The notes beneath the pieces were generated by a model that had not been told where the DNA came from, did no database searches, and saw only the letters and a list, made by a program, of their open reading frames with translations. The translations under genes and the position numbers were made by a program. Positions 18,880-29,342 of a DNA stretch of 45,488 nucleotides are shown here, piece after piece (position 1 is the stretch's first letter; each line of letters starts with the position of its first letter). This DNA comes from an uncultured Sphingosinicella sp. (lineage in GTDB: Bacteria > Pseudomonadota > Alphaproteobacteria > Sphingomonadales > Sphingomonadaceae): contig CAYOJN010000001.1 of the NCBI GenBank assembly GCA_964404245.1, forward strand, positions 1 through 45,488, read 5' to 3'.

Positions 18880-21096
18880 ATGAATGATCATAGCGGGGGC
18901 TTCCCGCACCATCCTGTGTCGCCATTCGGCAAGGGCACGAACCTTCCCTCGACGGGATTGCGCGATGTCGCCCTGGCGCCGGCCCAGCCGGCGAGCAAGG
19001 TCAACCTGTGGGACCTGTGGCGGGTCGTCCTCAAATGGTGGTGGCTGATTGCCGGAATCGTCGTCGCCTGCCTTCTGCTTGCGGTGGTCGCCTCGCTGAT
19101 GATCCAGCCCGAATATCGGGCCCGGACCATCCTCGAGATCAACAAGGAAGGAATCACCCCGGTCCAGATGGGTGAATTGCAGCAGATGCAATTCCAGGAT
19201 CGCGACTATCTGAACACCCAGGCCGGACTGCTTCGGAGCCGGGGGCTCGCCGAACGGGTGGCGCGGACTCTCAACCTCGCCAACAATCCCGCTTTCATCG
19301 GAAGCCAGGTACCCGATTCGCAGCGTGAGGAGGCGGCCGCAAGCCTTCTTGAAACCAGCATCTTCGTCGAACCGATCCGGGACAGCCGGCTGTTGCAGCT
19401 GCAGGTCGAAAGCACCGATCCCGGCCTGGCCGCCCAGATCGCCAATTCCTATGCGGACAATTTCATCAGCCTGAGCCTGGAGCGCCGCTACCAGGCCAGC
19501 TCCTATGCCCGCAATTTCCTCGAAGAGCGCCTCGCAACCGTGCGGAGCCGGCTCGAGCAGTCGGAGCGTCAACTGGTTGCCTATGCCCAGCAGCAGGGAA
19601 TCGTGTCCCTGAACGTCGACAGCGGCAGCGGTGAAGGCGGCAGGTCGGAGCAGCCCATCGACGCCGCTTCCCTGGTCGTCCTGAACGAAGCGCTTCAAAT
19701 GGCCCGCAACGAGCGCATTGCGGCTGAGCAGCGCCATCGTCAGGCAAGGGCAAATCCCCAGACCACGGACGTCCTGAACAATCCGACTGTCCAGACCCTG
19801 GCGACGCAGCGAGCCGAACTCCAGGCGGAATATCAGGAAAAACTCGGGATCTTCCAGCCGGATTATCCCCAGATGGTCCAGCTCCGATCCCGGATCGAGG
19901 CGCTCGACCAGGCGATCGCTCGTCAGTCGACCGCCGTTTCCTCGTCTCTGGGGTCCGAAGTGGCGGGCGCTCGGGCTCGGGAAAGCGAACTCCAGGCCAG
20001 GGTCGACGGACTGAAGAATAGTCTCCTCGATCTTCGCGCACGAAGCATCCAGTACACCATTCTCCAGCGCGAGGTGGATACCAACCGCGCCCTCTATGAC
20101 GCTCTGCTTCAGCGCTACAAGGAAGTCGGAATTGCCGGCGGTGTCGGAATGAACGCCATTTCGGTGGTGGACCGCGCTCAGGTCCCAGGGGCGCCGTTCA
20201 AGCCCAATCTTCCCTTGAACATCGCTTTCGGCCTGATCGCCGGCCTTATCCTCGGCTTCGGCTCGGCCTTCGCGCTCGAATGGATGGACGACACTATCAA
20301 GACCCCGGACGACCTTCGCGAAAAGCTGGGGATCGCACCGATCGGGGTCATCCCGGCCGTTGCGAAGGGGACTTCCGTCAAGGAGGAACTGGAGGACAAC
20401 CGGTCGCAAATATCGGAAGCCTACAAGTCCGTCCGGACGGCGCTCCAGTTCGCGACCGAACATGGCATTCCCAAGACGGTTTTGATCACCAGCACCCGGG
20501 CAGGCGAGGGCAAGTCCACCAGCGCCCTGTCGATCGCTTATGCGATGGCCAATCTGAACGCGACGGTGCTCCTGATCGATTCCGATCTCAGGAAGCCGAC
20601 ATTCCGAAGCCCGACGGATTCGGACGGCTTTTCCAGTCTGCTTGCGGGGTCGGACGATCTCGAGGGCAATATTCACCCCACCGATCATGAGCGGCTGTTC
20701 CTGCTTCCGGCCGGCAAGGTCCCGCCCAATCCGGCGGAATTGCTTGCGGGGGACCGGCTCGCAGCCCTTCTTGCGCGGCTCGCGACCATGTTCGACCATA
20801 TCGTCGTCGATGGTCCTCCGGTTCTCGGCCTCGCCGATTCTCCGCTACTCGCGACCCAGTGCGAAGGCACGCTGATGGTGATCGAGGCGGGTGTGAACCG
20901 GCGTGCAGCGGCGCTCAATTCGGTCAATCGCCTGCGCTCGGTCGGCGCCCACATGCTGGGTGGAATCCTCACCAAGTTCAGCTCGACCAAGTCCGGCTAT
21001 GGCTATGGTTATGGCTACGGCTATGGTGACGACGCTTATGCCTACCGCGAAGGTGACGAGCCCAAGAGGCAGATCGAGCTGCGCAAGAGTGCATGA
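18880..21096 (+). CDS. wzc: Polysaccharide co-polymerase / BY-kinase (Wzc, GumC family)
   Basis: Two TM helices around a coiled-coil periplasmic region; SEAY..VRT, Walker A GEGKST, LIDSDLRKP, VVDGPP and a C-terminal Tyr cluster. Confidence 0.96.
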   Translation: MNDHSGGFPHHPVSPFGKGTNLPSTGLRDVALAPAQPASKVNLWDLWRVVLKWWWLIAGIVVACLLLAVVASLMIQPEYRARTILEINKEGITPVQMGELQQMQFQDRDYLNTQAGLLRSRGLAERVARTLNLANNPAFIGSQVPDSQREEAAASLLETSIFVEPIRDSRLLQLQVESTDPGLAAQIANSYADNFISLSLERRYQASSYARNFLEERLATVRSRLEQSERQLVAYAQQQGIVSLNVDSGSGEGGRSEQPIDAASLVVLNEALQMARNERIAAEQRHRQARANPQTTDVLNNPTVQTLATQRAELQAEYQEKLGIFQPDYPQMVQLRSRIEALDQAIARQSTAVSSSLGSEVAGARARESELQARVDGLKNSLLDLRARSIQYTILQREVDTNRALYDALLQRYKEVGIAGGVGMNAISVVDRAQVPGAPFKPNLPLNIAFGLIAGLILGFGSAFALEWMDDTIKTPDDLREKLGIAPIGVIPAVAKGTSVKEELEDNRSQISEAYKSVRTALQFATEHGIPKTVLITSTRAGEGKSTSALSIAYAMANLNATVLLIDSDLRKPTFRSPTDSDGFSSLLAGSDDLEGNIHPTDHERLFLLPAGKVPPNPAELLAGDRLAALLARLATMFDHIVVDGPPVLGLADSPLLATQCEGTLMVIEAGVNRRAAALNSVNRLRSVGAHMLGGILTKFSSTKSGYGYGYGYGYGDDAYAYREGDEPKRQIELRKSA
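20995..21027 (+). repeat. Hexamer repeat encoding the Wzc tyrosine cluster (GY)5
   Basis: GGCTAT GGCTAT GGTTAT GGCTAC GGCTAT GGT encodes GYGYGYGYGYG. Confidence 0.9.
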
Positions 21097-22328
21097 CTTC
21101 TGAACGGACGAAAAAGCGCTTTTCGCTGAAAGGCCGAATTCCGGCTTTATTGGCAACCCTCGCTGCCCCTGCACTGATCTATTTCGTCGTTCGGACAGCG
21201 GCCGTCGGCCTGTCGCCGGCGGCGGCGCTCCAGCTTCCGCCGACCGACCCGCTGCCGCTGCTCAAGGTCCGGATCTACCAGTCCGCTACCCCGAATTATC
21301 GCCTGCCTTCCGAAACACTCGATGTGGCCAGCAAGGCGGCCGCGATTTCACCGCTCGCCTTTGAACCCTTCTTCCTTCATGCTTTTGCCGCCCAGCAGGC
21401 CGGACAGCTGGACAAGGCCATCCCGCTGATGGAAGAAGCCCGGCACCGCCGTTCGAGTTTCCCGCCGCTACGGGCCCACCTGGCTTTCTATTATGCTCGG
21501 GCCGGCCGCTATTCGGATCTGTTTGCCGAGCTGGAGGCCCTGTTCCGGCTCAGCCCCCAGACCCGCCAGGCGGTCATGCCGGAAATGGCCAAACTCGTCG
21601 CCGACCCTCGCGGCCGAGTCGCGCTCGCCCAGGCCTTTGCCTCCGACGCCCAGTGGCGCGACGACTTCTTCATCGCTGCGCTCGATGCCGACATCGAACC
21701 TGGGGATGCCTTGGCCCTGTTCCAGGAATCGCGCAGGCGCGGAGTCCGCAATCTCGGGCCTGAACGCCGACTGGTGGTCCGGAAACTTCTCGATTCCGGG
21801 GAACCCCGCCGGGCGCGGGAAATATGGCTGTCGAGCCTTCCGGAAAGTGAGCGGCAACGCCACCTGCACCTCTATGACGGCGCCTTCGAAACCGCTTCGG
21901 CGCTCCCCCCCTTCGGCTGGACGTTCCAGTCCAATGAATTGGGACGGGCCCAGATTGCGCGTGATTCTGCTGGGCGGGCGCATCTCAGCGTCGACTATTT
22001 CGGCGGCCGACCGGTCGTGCTGGCCGATCAGACCCTGGCCCTCGCCCCGGGAGCCTATCGCCTTCGCTATGCCGTCCAGGGCGAAGGAACAATGGGTTCG
22101 GCCCGGCTGTCCTGGGTCATCTTCTGCGGCAATGGAGAAAGCGAAGCCGCTCGAAGCTCGGTCGAGACACTGACCGCAGGCTACCGTCCACGCGAGGAGG
22201 CCTTCCGGATCGGTTCTGATTGCTCGTCGCAGAAGCTCCGCCTTCTGGCTGAGCCGGGCGACATCGCCTATACCGTCCATCTCCAGTTTGCCAACCTGGC
22301 CATCGTCCGTCAGGGAGCTTCCGAATGA
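21093..22328 (+). CDS. Membrane-anchored TPR-like protein with a C-terminal beta-sandwich (CBM-like) domain
   Basis: N-terminal TM, helical repeats (AGQLDKAIPLMEEA, YARAGRYSDLF), then DGAFE...PFGW and LAPGAYRLRY. ATGA overlaps with both neighbours. Confidence 0.7.
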   Translation: MTSERTKKRFSLKGRIPALLATLAAPALIYFVVRTAAVGLSPAAALQLPPTDPLPLLKVRIYQSATPNYRLPSETLDVASKAAAISPLAFEPFFLHAFAAQQAGQLDKAIPLMEEARHRRSSFPPLRAHLAFYYARAGRYSDLFAELEALFRLSPQTRQAVMPEMAKLVADPRGRVALAQAFASDAQWRDDFFIAALDADIEPGDALALFQESRRRGVRNLGPERRLVVRKLLDSGEPRRAREIWLSSLPESERQRHLHLYDGAFETASALPPFGWTFQSNELGRAQIARDSAGRAHLSVDYFGGRPVVLADQTLALAPGAYRLRYAVQGEGTMGSARLSWVIFCGNGESEAARSSVETLTAGYRPREEAFRIGSDCSSQKLRLLAEPGDIAYTVHLQFANLAIVRQGASE

Positions 22329-23713
22329 GGACAGGTCTGCGCGGGTGGCTTGCGGCCCTATATCTGGGTGCCTGCATTCTCCTCGGAGGGGCGAGCGGCA
22401 CCGGAGCGGGCGCTGCCGGCAATGCCATGCTCCAGATTGGCGCTGTTGCGATCATCCTGGTGCTGCTCTGGAGCCGGCGGGCCACTCTTCCGCCCGCCGG
22501 TCGAGCCCCGGCGCTGATCATCGGGCTTTTTGCGCTGATCGGTCTGCTCAGCCTGATCCCGCTTCCGCCTTCCTTGTGGCAGTCCCTTCCCTATCGGGAT
22601 GAAATCGCTTCGTCACTCGGCCTGATCGGGGTGAATGGCGTCAGCCTCCCGCTTTCGCTTGCCCCGCAGTCGACGATCGCTTCCCTGCTCTGGCTGCTTC
22701 CGCCGTTAGCGATGTTTCTCCTGGTGCTGACCCTTCCGCCCGATCAGCGGCGGAAGCTCTGCACAACGATCCTGATCATGGCTGCGGCCTCGATCGTGCT
22801 CGGCGCCTTCCAATTGCTTTCCGGGACTCAATCCCCGTTGCGCTTCTATGCCATAACCAATGCGGATTCGGCGGTCGGCTTCTTCGCCAATCGCAATCAC
22901 CAGGCGACGCTCGTCCTGTGCGCCATTCCCTGCGCTGCACTCCTGGCGGCCCGGTTCGCGTCGAAAAGAAACCGTTCGAAGCGAAGCGGCGGCCTGGCGA
23001 TCATCGTGTCGGCAGCGATCCTGCTTCTGACGGGGATCGGCATTACCGGTTCCACCGCCGGCTTCGGACTTGCCATTCCGGCCGTCTTCGCCGCCGTGCT
23101 CATCTACCGCCGGTCGCTCTACGGGCCGGTCGGCCGGCGCTGGCTTGCCGGTCTCGCGACCATCCTGGTCCTGTTCCTGGTCCTTGCCCTGGCGGGTCCG
23201 GTGAACCAGGAGAAGCTCAGCGAAGACCTCAGCGACCAGCCGCTCAGCCGGGCAACCTTTGCGCTGACAACGATCCAGGCGACGGCGGAGACCTTCCCGG
23301 TCGGAACCGGCCTTGGGACGTTTGCTGAAGTATATCGCCGGTTTCAGGATCCCAATCTCGCTTCGCGCGAATATGCCAACCATGCGCATAACGACTATCT
23401 CGAAGTCGCGCTTGAACTCGGCTTGCCCGGAATATTGCTCGTGCTTGCCGGGATTTTCTGGTGGTTGAAGCGCTCCGTTCATAGCTGGCGAAGCGAGGCG
23501 GCCGGAGCCTCGCTTGGCCGCACCGGATCGGTGATCATCGGCGTGGTTCTGCTTCACAGCCTGGTCGACTATCCGTTGCGGACCTCCGCCATCGCAGCTG
23601 TCTTCGCGGTCGCCTGCGCGCTGATGGTGCCCTTCCTTGCGCGACGGACCGAAGAGGGGGATTCGGCACAGGCCGGGTCCAGACGCTCAGCCCGCCATCT
23701 CGAAGCCGATTGA
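22325..23713 (+). CDS. O-antigen ligase / O-oligosaccharyltransferase-like membrane protein (Wzy_C)
   Basis: Many TM helices; GFFANRNH, GTGLGTF, HAHNDYLE..LELGLPG and LHSLVDYPLR. Confidence 0.9.
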   Translation: MRTGLRGWLAALYLGACILLGGASGTGAGAAGNAMLQIGAVAIILVLLWSRRATLPPAGRAPALIIGLFALIGLLSLIPLPPSLWQSLPYRDEIASSLGLIGVNGVSLPLSLAPQSTIASLLWLLPPLAMFLLVLTLPPDQRRKLCTTILIMAAASIVLGAFQLLSGTQSPLRFYAITNADSAVGFFANRNHQATLVLCAIPCAALLAARFASKRNRSKRSGGLAIIVSAAILLLTGIGITGSTAGFGLAIPAVFAAVLIYRRSLYGPVGRRWLAGLATILVLFLVLALAGPVNQEKLSEDLSDQPLSRATFALTTIQATAETFPVGTGLGTFAEVYRRFQDPNLASREYANHAHNDYLEVALELGLPGILLVLAGIFWWLKRSVHSWRSEAAGASLGRTGSVIIGVVLLHSLVDYPLRTSAIAAVFAVACALMVPFLARRTEEGDSAQAGSRRSARHLEAD

Positions 23714-23723
23714 GCGGGATCCA

Positions 23724-24932
23724 ATGACCATCATCGGTGTCCTTGGGATAGCATTGGGCCTCCTGGCCTGGCCGATCGCGGTCATCGACAGGAACAGGAC
23801 GGCGATTGTCTTCTTCTTCATCACCTACATTCTGCACGTCTTGGCGGCGGTCTATTTCTATTATTTCTCGCTGACCAACATCAGCGACAGCACGCATTAT
23901 TATCACGACCCGCATGGATTCGGCACTTATGGGTTCCGGCTTGCGACGGGGTTCCTTTACTGGTTCCTTCATGTCTGCCGCTCATGGCTGGGTGGATCGT
24001 TCCTGGATTACTTCCTGGTCTTCCAGGCTTTTGGCTATTTCGGGATCGCATTCCTGATGAGGATCTTTCAGGAGATCTATCACGAACTGGGGATGAAGAC
24101 CCCCGTCTATGCCTATCTGATCCTCTTCTTCCCCGGCATTCATTTCTGGACCAGCTCGATCGGCAAGGACGGAATCGTCTTCACCGGAATCTGCATGAGC
24201 CTGTGGGCCGCGATGCAGTTTCGAACGAGAATGGTCTGGTTTGGTGTCGGGACCGCACTCGTTCTCCTGATCCGGCCGCATATCGCCATCATCATGGCAG
24301 CCGCACTCGCCTTGACTCTCTTCTTCGACCGTCAGTCCAGATGGTATGTCCGATTATCATTGTTCCTCATTGCAACCGTTGGACTTGCGGTCACGGCGAT
24401 CACCTTCCGAAGCGCCTTCGCAGTCGACGTGACGAGTGCTGAATCGGTCACCGACTTTCTTGCCGCCCAGGCCCAGGTGGTCGAGGATGCGGGTGTCGCG
24501 AGCGCAGGCGGAGGGAATCTGGCGTACAACTTCTTCAGCTTGCTGTTCCGACCGATGTTCCTCGACGCGGAGGGATTTCTCGGCCTGATCGCCTCGATCG
24601 AGAATCTGACGCTGGCTCTCGTCGTCATCGGCCCGATGATCTTCTTTCTCGCCAAGGTCGTCAGGGCGGCTCGGGCGGTCTCGTTCGTTCGCTACGCCCT
24701 GATCGTCGCGATCGGGACCGCTCTGGCCCTGTCGATGGTCTATTACAATGTCGGCCTCGGACTTCGTCAGAGGACGATGTTCCTTCCGGCCCTGTTCGTC
24801 ATCCTGGTCACGATCATGGCAATGGTTCGGAGCTCGCGTCTCTCCGCACAGGCCGAGGTGCAGGCGGCTGGCGCAGGGTTCGACTCAGCGATCGCGAACC
24901 CCGCTGGAGCGTCCGTTGGAGGAAGCAGCTGA
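23724..24932 (+). CDS. Wzy-like polysaccharide polymerase
   Basis: About 10-11 TM helices; DSTHYY, FWTSSIGKD, IRPH and N.GLGLRQR motifs seen in Wzy-type proteins. Confidence 0.7.
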   Translation: MTIIGVLGIALGLLAWPIAVIDRNRTAIVFFFITYILHVLAAVYFYYFSLTNISDSTHYYHDPHGFGTYGFRLATGFLYWFLHVCRSWLGGSFLDYFLVFQAFGYFGIAFLMRIFQEIYHELGMKTPVYAYLILFFPGIHFWTSSIGKDGIVFTGICMSLWAAMQFRTRMVWFGVGTALVLLIRPHIAIIMAAALALTLFFDRQSRWYVRLSLFLIATVGLAVTAITFRSAFAVDVTSAESVTDFLAAQAQVVEDAGVASAGGGNLAYNFFSLLFRPMFLDAEGFLGLIASIENLTLALVVIGPMIFFLAKVVRAARAVSFVRYALIVAIGTALALSMVYYNVGLGLRQRTMFLPALFVILVTIMAMVRSSRLSAQAEVQAAGAGFDSAIANPAGASVGGSS

Positions 24933-26143
24933 TGACAGAACAGCAGGTCAGGACTGAAGATTTCAGGCCGTTCGATGAGGAGCGAGGGACGGACCTTCGC
25001 TCCGACGAGCATTGGCCCTGGTTCGACGAGGACGAGATCAAGGCCGCCTCGGATGTCCTTCGGTCCGGCAAGGTCAACCAGTGGACCGGGACAGACGTGG
25101 CTGAGTTCGAAGCGGCGCTGACCCGCCGGTTCGATGGTGGTCATGGCATCGCCCTGGCCAATGGCTCGGTCGCACTCGAACTCGCCCTTCGAGCCTTCGA
25201 TATCGGCCCCGGGGATGAAGTCGTGGTCACTCCGCGAACCTTCGCGGCTTCGGCCTTCTGCGCGATTCTGGTCGGCGCGAAGCCGGTCTTCGCCGACGTC
25301 GACCCCGACAGCGGGAATATCACGGCTGAAACCATCGCCGCAGTCCTGACCGACCGCACCCGGGCGATCATCCCGGTGCACCTTGCCGGATGGCCGGCCG
25401 ACATGAAGGCGATCATGGCACTGGCCGAGCAGAACGGTCTGATCGTGATCGAGGATTGCGCCCAGGCGCACGGCGCAACGATCGACTCACGGCCGGTCGG
25501 AAGCTTCGGCCACTCGGCTGCCTTTTCCTTCTGCCAGGACAAGATCATCACGACCGGCGGCGAAGGCGGTTTCTTGAGCTTTCGCGACAAAGACCGTTTC
25601 GAATGGGCCTGGTCGTTCAAGGACCATGGCAAGAACCGCTCGAAGATGTTCGAAAAGGCGCCCAGGCCCGGATTTCGCTGGGTCCATGACAGCGTTGGAA
25701 CGAACTGGCGGCTCTCCGGCCTCCAGGCCGCAATCGGCCTGGTCCAGCTTGGCAAGCTCGATGACTGGCTTCAGCTTCGCTCGCGCAATGCCGATATCTG
25801 GAAGAGCGCTCTGAACGAGGTGCCCGGCCTTCGTCTCCCGGAGCCGGACGAGCGCTATCGCCATGCCTATTACAAGCTCTACGCCTATGTCGAAGCCGGG
25901 CCGGCTGCCCGGGACGAGATCCTGCGCCAGGCCGGCCAGGCCGGCCTCAGGGTCTTTTCGGGTTCCTGCTCGGAAGTGTACAGGGAGAAGGCTTTCGACT
26001 TCCTCGAGCAGGGAGAGCTTCCGGTTGCCCGGCTGCTCGGCGAGCAGAGCCTGATGGTCGAGGTCCATCCAACCCTTCGACCAGACTTGCTGAAGCATCG
26101 CGCAGAGACGCTCGCTGCAATCGCCCGGACCGTGTTGGCCTGA
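24932..26143 (+). CDS. DegT/DnrJ/EryC1/StrS sugar aminotransferase (PglE-like)
   Basis: NGSVALELAL, PVHLAG, IEDCAQAHGA and the PLP Lys motif FSFCQDKIITTGGEGG. Confidence 0.95.
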   Translation: MTEQQVRTEDFRPFDEERGTDLRSDEHWPWFDEDEIKAASDVLRSGKVNQWTGTDVAEFEAALTRRFDGGHGIALANGSVALELALRAFDIGPGDEVVVTPRTFAASAFCAILVGAKPVFADVDPDSGNITAETIAAVLTDRTRAIIPVHLAGWPADMKAIMALAEQNGLIVIEDCAQAHGATIDSRPVGSFGHSAAFSFCQDKIITTGGEGGFLSFRDKDRFEWAWSFKDHGKNRSKMFEKAPRPGFRWVHDSVGTNWRLSGLQAAIGLVQLGKLDDWLQLRSRNADIWKSALNEVPGLRLPEPDERYRHAYYKLYAYVEAGPAARDEILRQAGQAGLRVFSGSCSEVYREKAFDFLEQGELPVARLLGEQSLMVEVHPTLRPDLLKHRAETLAAIARTVLA

Positions 26144-26170
26144 GGCCGGCAACGCACTAGACAGACGATC

Positions 26171-28135
26171 ATGGTCTTCCAGGCGATACGCGAACTGTCG
26201 AAGCTGGGCCGGGCCCGGAAGCGGGCAATCCTGGTGGTCTATGACGTCGCCGCGATGCTGTTCGCCTTGTGGGCGGCCTTTTCGACGCGCCTCGGTGCTT
26301 TCTATCTGCCGCTGAGCCCCGGGGTCCTCATCGCGGCCACGGCCTCCTGCGCCATCGGCCTTACCGCTTTGTACCAGCTGAACGTCTACCGGATTGTCAT
26401 TCGCTATTTCGATCTTCGGGCGGTTACCCGCCTTTTGGCAAGCGCCGGAATGGCCGCGATCGCCTGGGTCATCGTCGTCTATCTCAGCCAGCCGACGATC
26501 GTCTTCGAAGGTGTGACCATGATGGTGCCGCGCTCGGTCGGCTTCATCTATGCTGGCTTCCTGTTCCTGCTCCTGTTCATGGGCCGTTATGCGATGGCGC
26601 TGCTCGTCGTGGGGGCGGTGAGGGACGCTCCCCCGCCCCGTGAAGGACGCCGGAACGTCCTGATCTATGGCGCCAACACGGCCGGGATCAGCCTTGCGGA
26701 TTCGATGGCCGGCAACCGGGACTACCAGCTTAGTGCCTTTGTCGATGACGATCCGGCTCTTCACGGACAGATCGTTGCCGGCGTTCCGATCTATTCGCCG
26801 CGGGCGCTTCCGGATCTCATCCGCAGCGCCGACATCGACGAGGTTTTCCTGGCGATGCCGAAGGCGACCAGGTCGCAGCGCCTCGCCGCCATTTCCAGGC
26901 TTACGAAGCTCAACCTCCAGGTGAAGACGGTTCCCGCGCCCGAGGAAATCGTCTCCGGTCGGTTCGCCGTCAGCGACATGCGGCCGATCAGCGTCAACGA
27001 TCTCCTGCGCCGTGATCCGGTCGAACCCCTCACCGAACTCATCCGTGAGGGAGTCGAAGGCAAGTCGATCCTGATCACCGGTGCAGGCGGATCCATCGGA
27101 TCGGAAATCTGCCGGCAGATTGCCCGCGCCCGTCCCCGCCGACTGGTCCTTCTCGATCACAGCGAATTCGCCCTCTACACGATCGAGCAGCAGCTGGAGG
27201 AAACCTGTCTTTCGCTTGCCCCGACCGACCGGCCGGAAGTTATCGCCATCATCGGCTCAATCCTGAACAGGTCCCTTGTCGACGCACTGATTTCAAATTT
27301 CGAGGTGGATACGATCTACCATGCGGCCGCCTACAAACATGTACCCTTGCTCGAACATAATGAGGTGATCGGGGTCGAGAATAATGTCCTTGGCACCCTC
27401 ATTCTTGCCGAAGCCGCCTTCAGCGCACGAATCGCGCGCTTCACCATGATTTCCACCGACAAGGCGGTTCGCCCTGAAAGCGTGATGGGGGCCAGCAAGC
27501 GTGCCGCCGAACTGACGATCCAGGCGCTTGCGGCCCGGCCGGAAAGTCGAACTCGGTTCGGAATCGTTCGCTTCGGCAATGTCCTCGATTCCTCGGGGTC
27601 GGTGGTCCAGCGGTTCCGAAGTCAGATCAGGCGCGGCGGCCCGGTTACCGTTACCCACGAGGAGGTAACCCGCTATTTCATGTCCATCCCGGAGGCGACC
27701 CAGCTGGTCCTTCAGGCCAGCGCCATGGCGGAGGGTGGCGAGGTCTTCGTCCTGGACATGGGCGAGCCGATCCGGATCGCCGAACTGGCCCGCAACATGA
27801 TCACTCTTTCGGGGATGACCGTTCGTGACGAGGCCAACCCCGAAGGCGACGTAGAAATCGTCTTTGTCGGTCTTCGACCCGGCGAAAAGCTCCACGAGGA
27901 GTTGTTCGTCGGATCCGATTCGATCGAGACGGCTCATCCGCGAATCCGGATGGCGAGGGAGCTCTCCCCCAATCTTGCAATCCTGAATGACCAGATCGAA
28001 GCATTGTCGAGCGCCATCGCGGCCCGCGATCCGCTGAAGGTTCGAGAGATGCTTCGGACAATGATCGAGGCCGATCACACCCCGGGCGGCGACAACGTGA
28101 CCCCCCTCCGGCCGGCCGAACGGGCCCAGCGATAA
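26171..28135 (+). CDS. Membrane-bound UDP-GlcNAc 4,6-dehydratase (PglF/CapD/WbpM-like)
   Basis: N-terminal TMs, then TGAGGSIGSE, HAAAYKHVP, STDKAV, MGASKR, VRFGNVL.SSGSV and GLRPGEKLHEEL. Confidence 0.96.
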   Translation: MVFQAIRELSKLGRARKRAILVVYDVAAMLFALWAAFSTRLGAFYLPLSPGVLIAATASCAIGLTALYQLNVYRIVIRYFDLRAVTRLLASAGMAAIAWVIVVYLSQPTIVFEGVTMMVPRSVGFIYAGFLFLLLFMGRYAMALLVVGAVRDAPPPREGRRNVLIYGANTAGISLADSMAGNRDYQLSAFVDDDPALHGQIVAGVPIYSPRALPDLIRSADIDEVFLAMPKATRSQRLAAISRLTKLNLQVKTVPAPEEIVSGRFAVSDMRPISVNDLLRRDPVEPLTELIREGVEGKSILITGAGGSIGSEICRQIARARPRRLVLLDHSEFALYTIEQQLEETCLSLAPTDRPEVIAIIGSILNRSLVDALISNFEVDTIYHAAAYKHVPLLEHNEVIGVENNVLGTLILAEAAFSARIARFTMISTDKAVRPESVMGASKRAAELTIQALAARPESRTRFGIVRFGNVLDSSGSVVQRFRSQIRRGGPVTVTHEEVTRYFMSIPEATQLVLQASAMAEGGEVFVLDMGEPIRIAELARNMITLSGMTVRDEANPEGDVEIVFVGLRPGEKLHEELFVGSDSIETAHPRIRMARELSPNLAILNDQIEALSSAIAARDPLKVREMLRTMIEADHTPGGDNVTPLRPAERAQR

Positions 28136-28143
28136 TCCCTGCT

Positions 28144-29271
28144 GTGCCGAGCCCCCGGTCCGGAAAGGCCCGCGAGGCCCGTTCTATCGTCCTGGTCGTC
28201 AGCAATCTTGGCCTTGGTGGCGCTGAACGCCAGCTTTTCTATCTCGCTCACGGCCTGGCCCGAAGGGGCTGGAAGGTGACGGTGGCAATCATGATCCCAT
28301 GGCTCGACCCGTCCTTTGCCGAGCCGCTTGCGAAGGCCGGCGCCCGGGTCGAGATCCTTCAGAACCAGGCGGCGGCTCGTCCGGCTCCCCTCCTTCGGGC
28401 CACGATCGCGCTCCGCCGACTGGTCAGAGCCGAGCGGCCTGCAGTGATGGTCGGCTTCATGCCTCACGGCGCCCTTCTCGCGAGGCTGATCGGGCGACTG
28501 GAAAAAGTGCCGAAGATCGTCACCTCACTTCGAAGCATCCAGTCGACCCATCGCTGGCACGATTGGCTGCTGGCGATGACCCGCGGTCTGGACGACGCCG
28601 TTGTCGCCAATTCCGCGATCGCGGCCGAGGCCCAGCTTCACGCAGGAGTCACGACCGACGCAAAGTCCACTCTGATCCCGAACGGCTTCGACCCTTCCCG
28701 AGTAGCGGGCACCGGGGAGGGGAAGGCGGAGTCAAGCTCGCTGTTCCAATGGCTCAACATCGCCGTCGTCCGTCATGAGAAGGACCATCAGTCACTCCTT
28801 CAAGCCGCCAGGCTGCTTCGCGAGCAGGGCCGCAGCTTTCATCTCGACATCTTGGGAACCGGGCCCCTGCTGGAGGAAATGCGGACGATGGCTGCGGGGC
28901 TGGATCTTGCCGGGACGGTCGAATTCCTGGGCCAGCGCAGCGACGTCTTCGACAGCATCGCAAGAGCGGATGCCTTCGTTCTTTCCTCACTCTGGGAAAG
29001 TCTTCCAAATGTCCTCATCGAAGCCCATGCCGGCGGGCTTCCGATCGTCTGCACCAGGGTCGGCGGCTGCGGCGAGATCGTCATAGAGGGAGTGTCGGGA
29101 GACATGGTCCAGCCGTCGGACCCGGAAGCCCTGGCAAGGGCGATGGCCAGGCTGATGGACCGGCCCGAAGCCGAACGCCGAGCCATGGGGGAGGCCGGGC
29201 GCGATCACGTGCTTTCGGCATTCTCGATGGAGCGAATGGTCGATAGATGGGAGACCCTGCTCAGCCAGTGA
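28144..29271 (+). CDS. Glycosyltransferase family 4 (WbnK-like)
   Basis: LGLGGAERQL, IPNGFD and the EX7E motif ESLPNVLIE. Confidence 0.92.
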   Translation: MPSPRSGKAREARSIVLVVSNLGLGGAERQLFYLAHGLARRGWKVTVAIMIPWLDPSFAEPLAKAGARVEILQNQAAARPAPLLRATIALRRLVRAERPAVMVGFMPHGALLARLIGRLEKVPKIVTSLRSIQSTHRWHDWLLAMTRGLDDAVVANSAIAAEAQLHAGVTTDAKSTLIPNGFDPSRVAGTGEGKAESSSLFQWLNIAVVRHEKDHQSLLQAARLLREQGRSFHLDILGTGPLLEEMRTMAAGLDLAGTVEFLGQRSDVFDSIARADAFVLSSLWESLPNVLIEAHAGGLPIVCTRVGGCGEIVIEGVSGDMVQPSDPEALARAMARLMDRPEAERRAMGEAGRDHVLSAFSMERMVDRWETLLSQ

Positions 29272-29342
29272 GACAGCAACCCCATCCAGGGGCTAAGGCG
29301 TGGTGGGGAGAGTCATTCAAAGGCAGTCGGGTCGGCAGGAAA

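Noticed and set aside
20995-21027. GGCTAT repeat as a phase-variable or CRISPR-like repeat
   Set aside because: In-frame, degenerate at synonymous positions, and explained by the Wzc tyrosine cluster.
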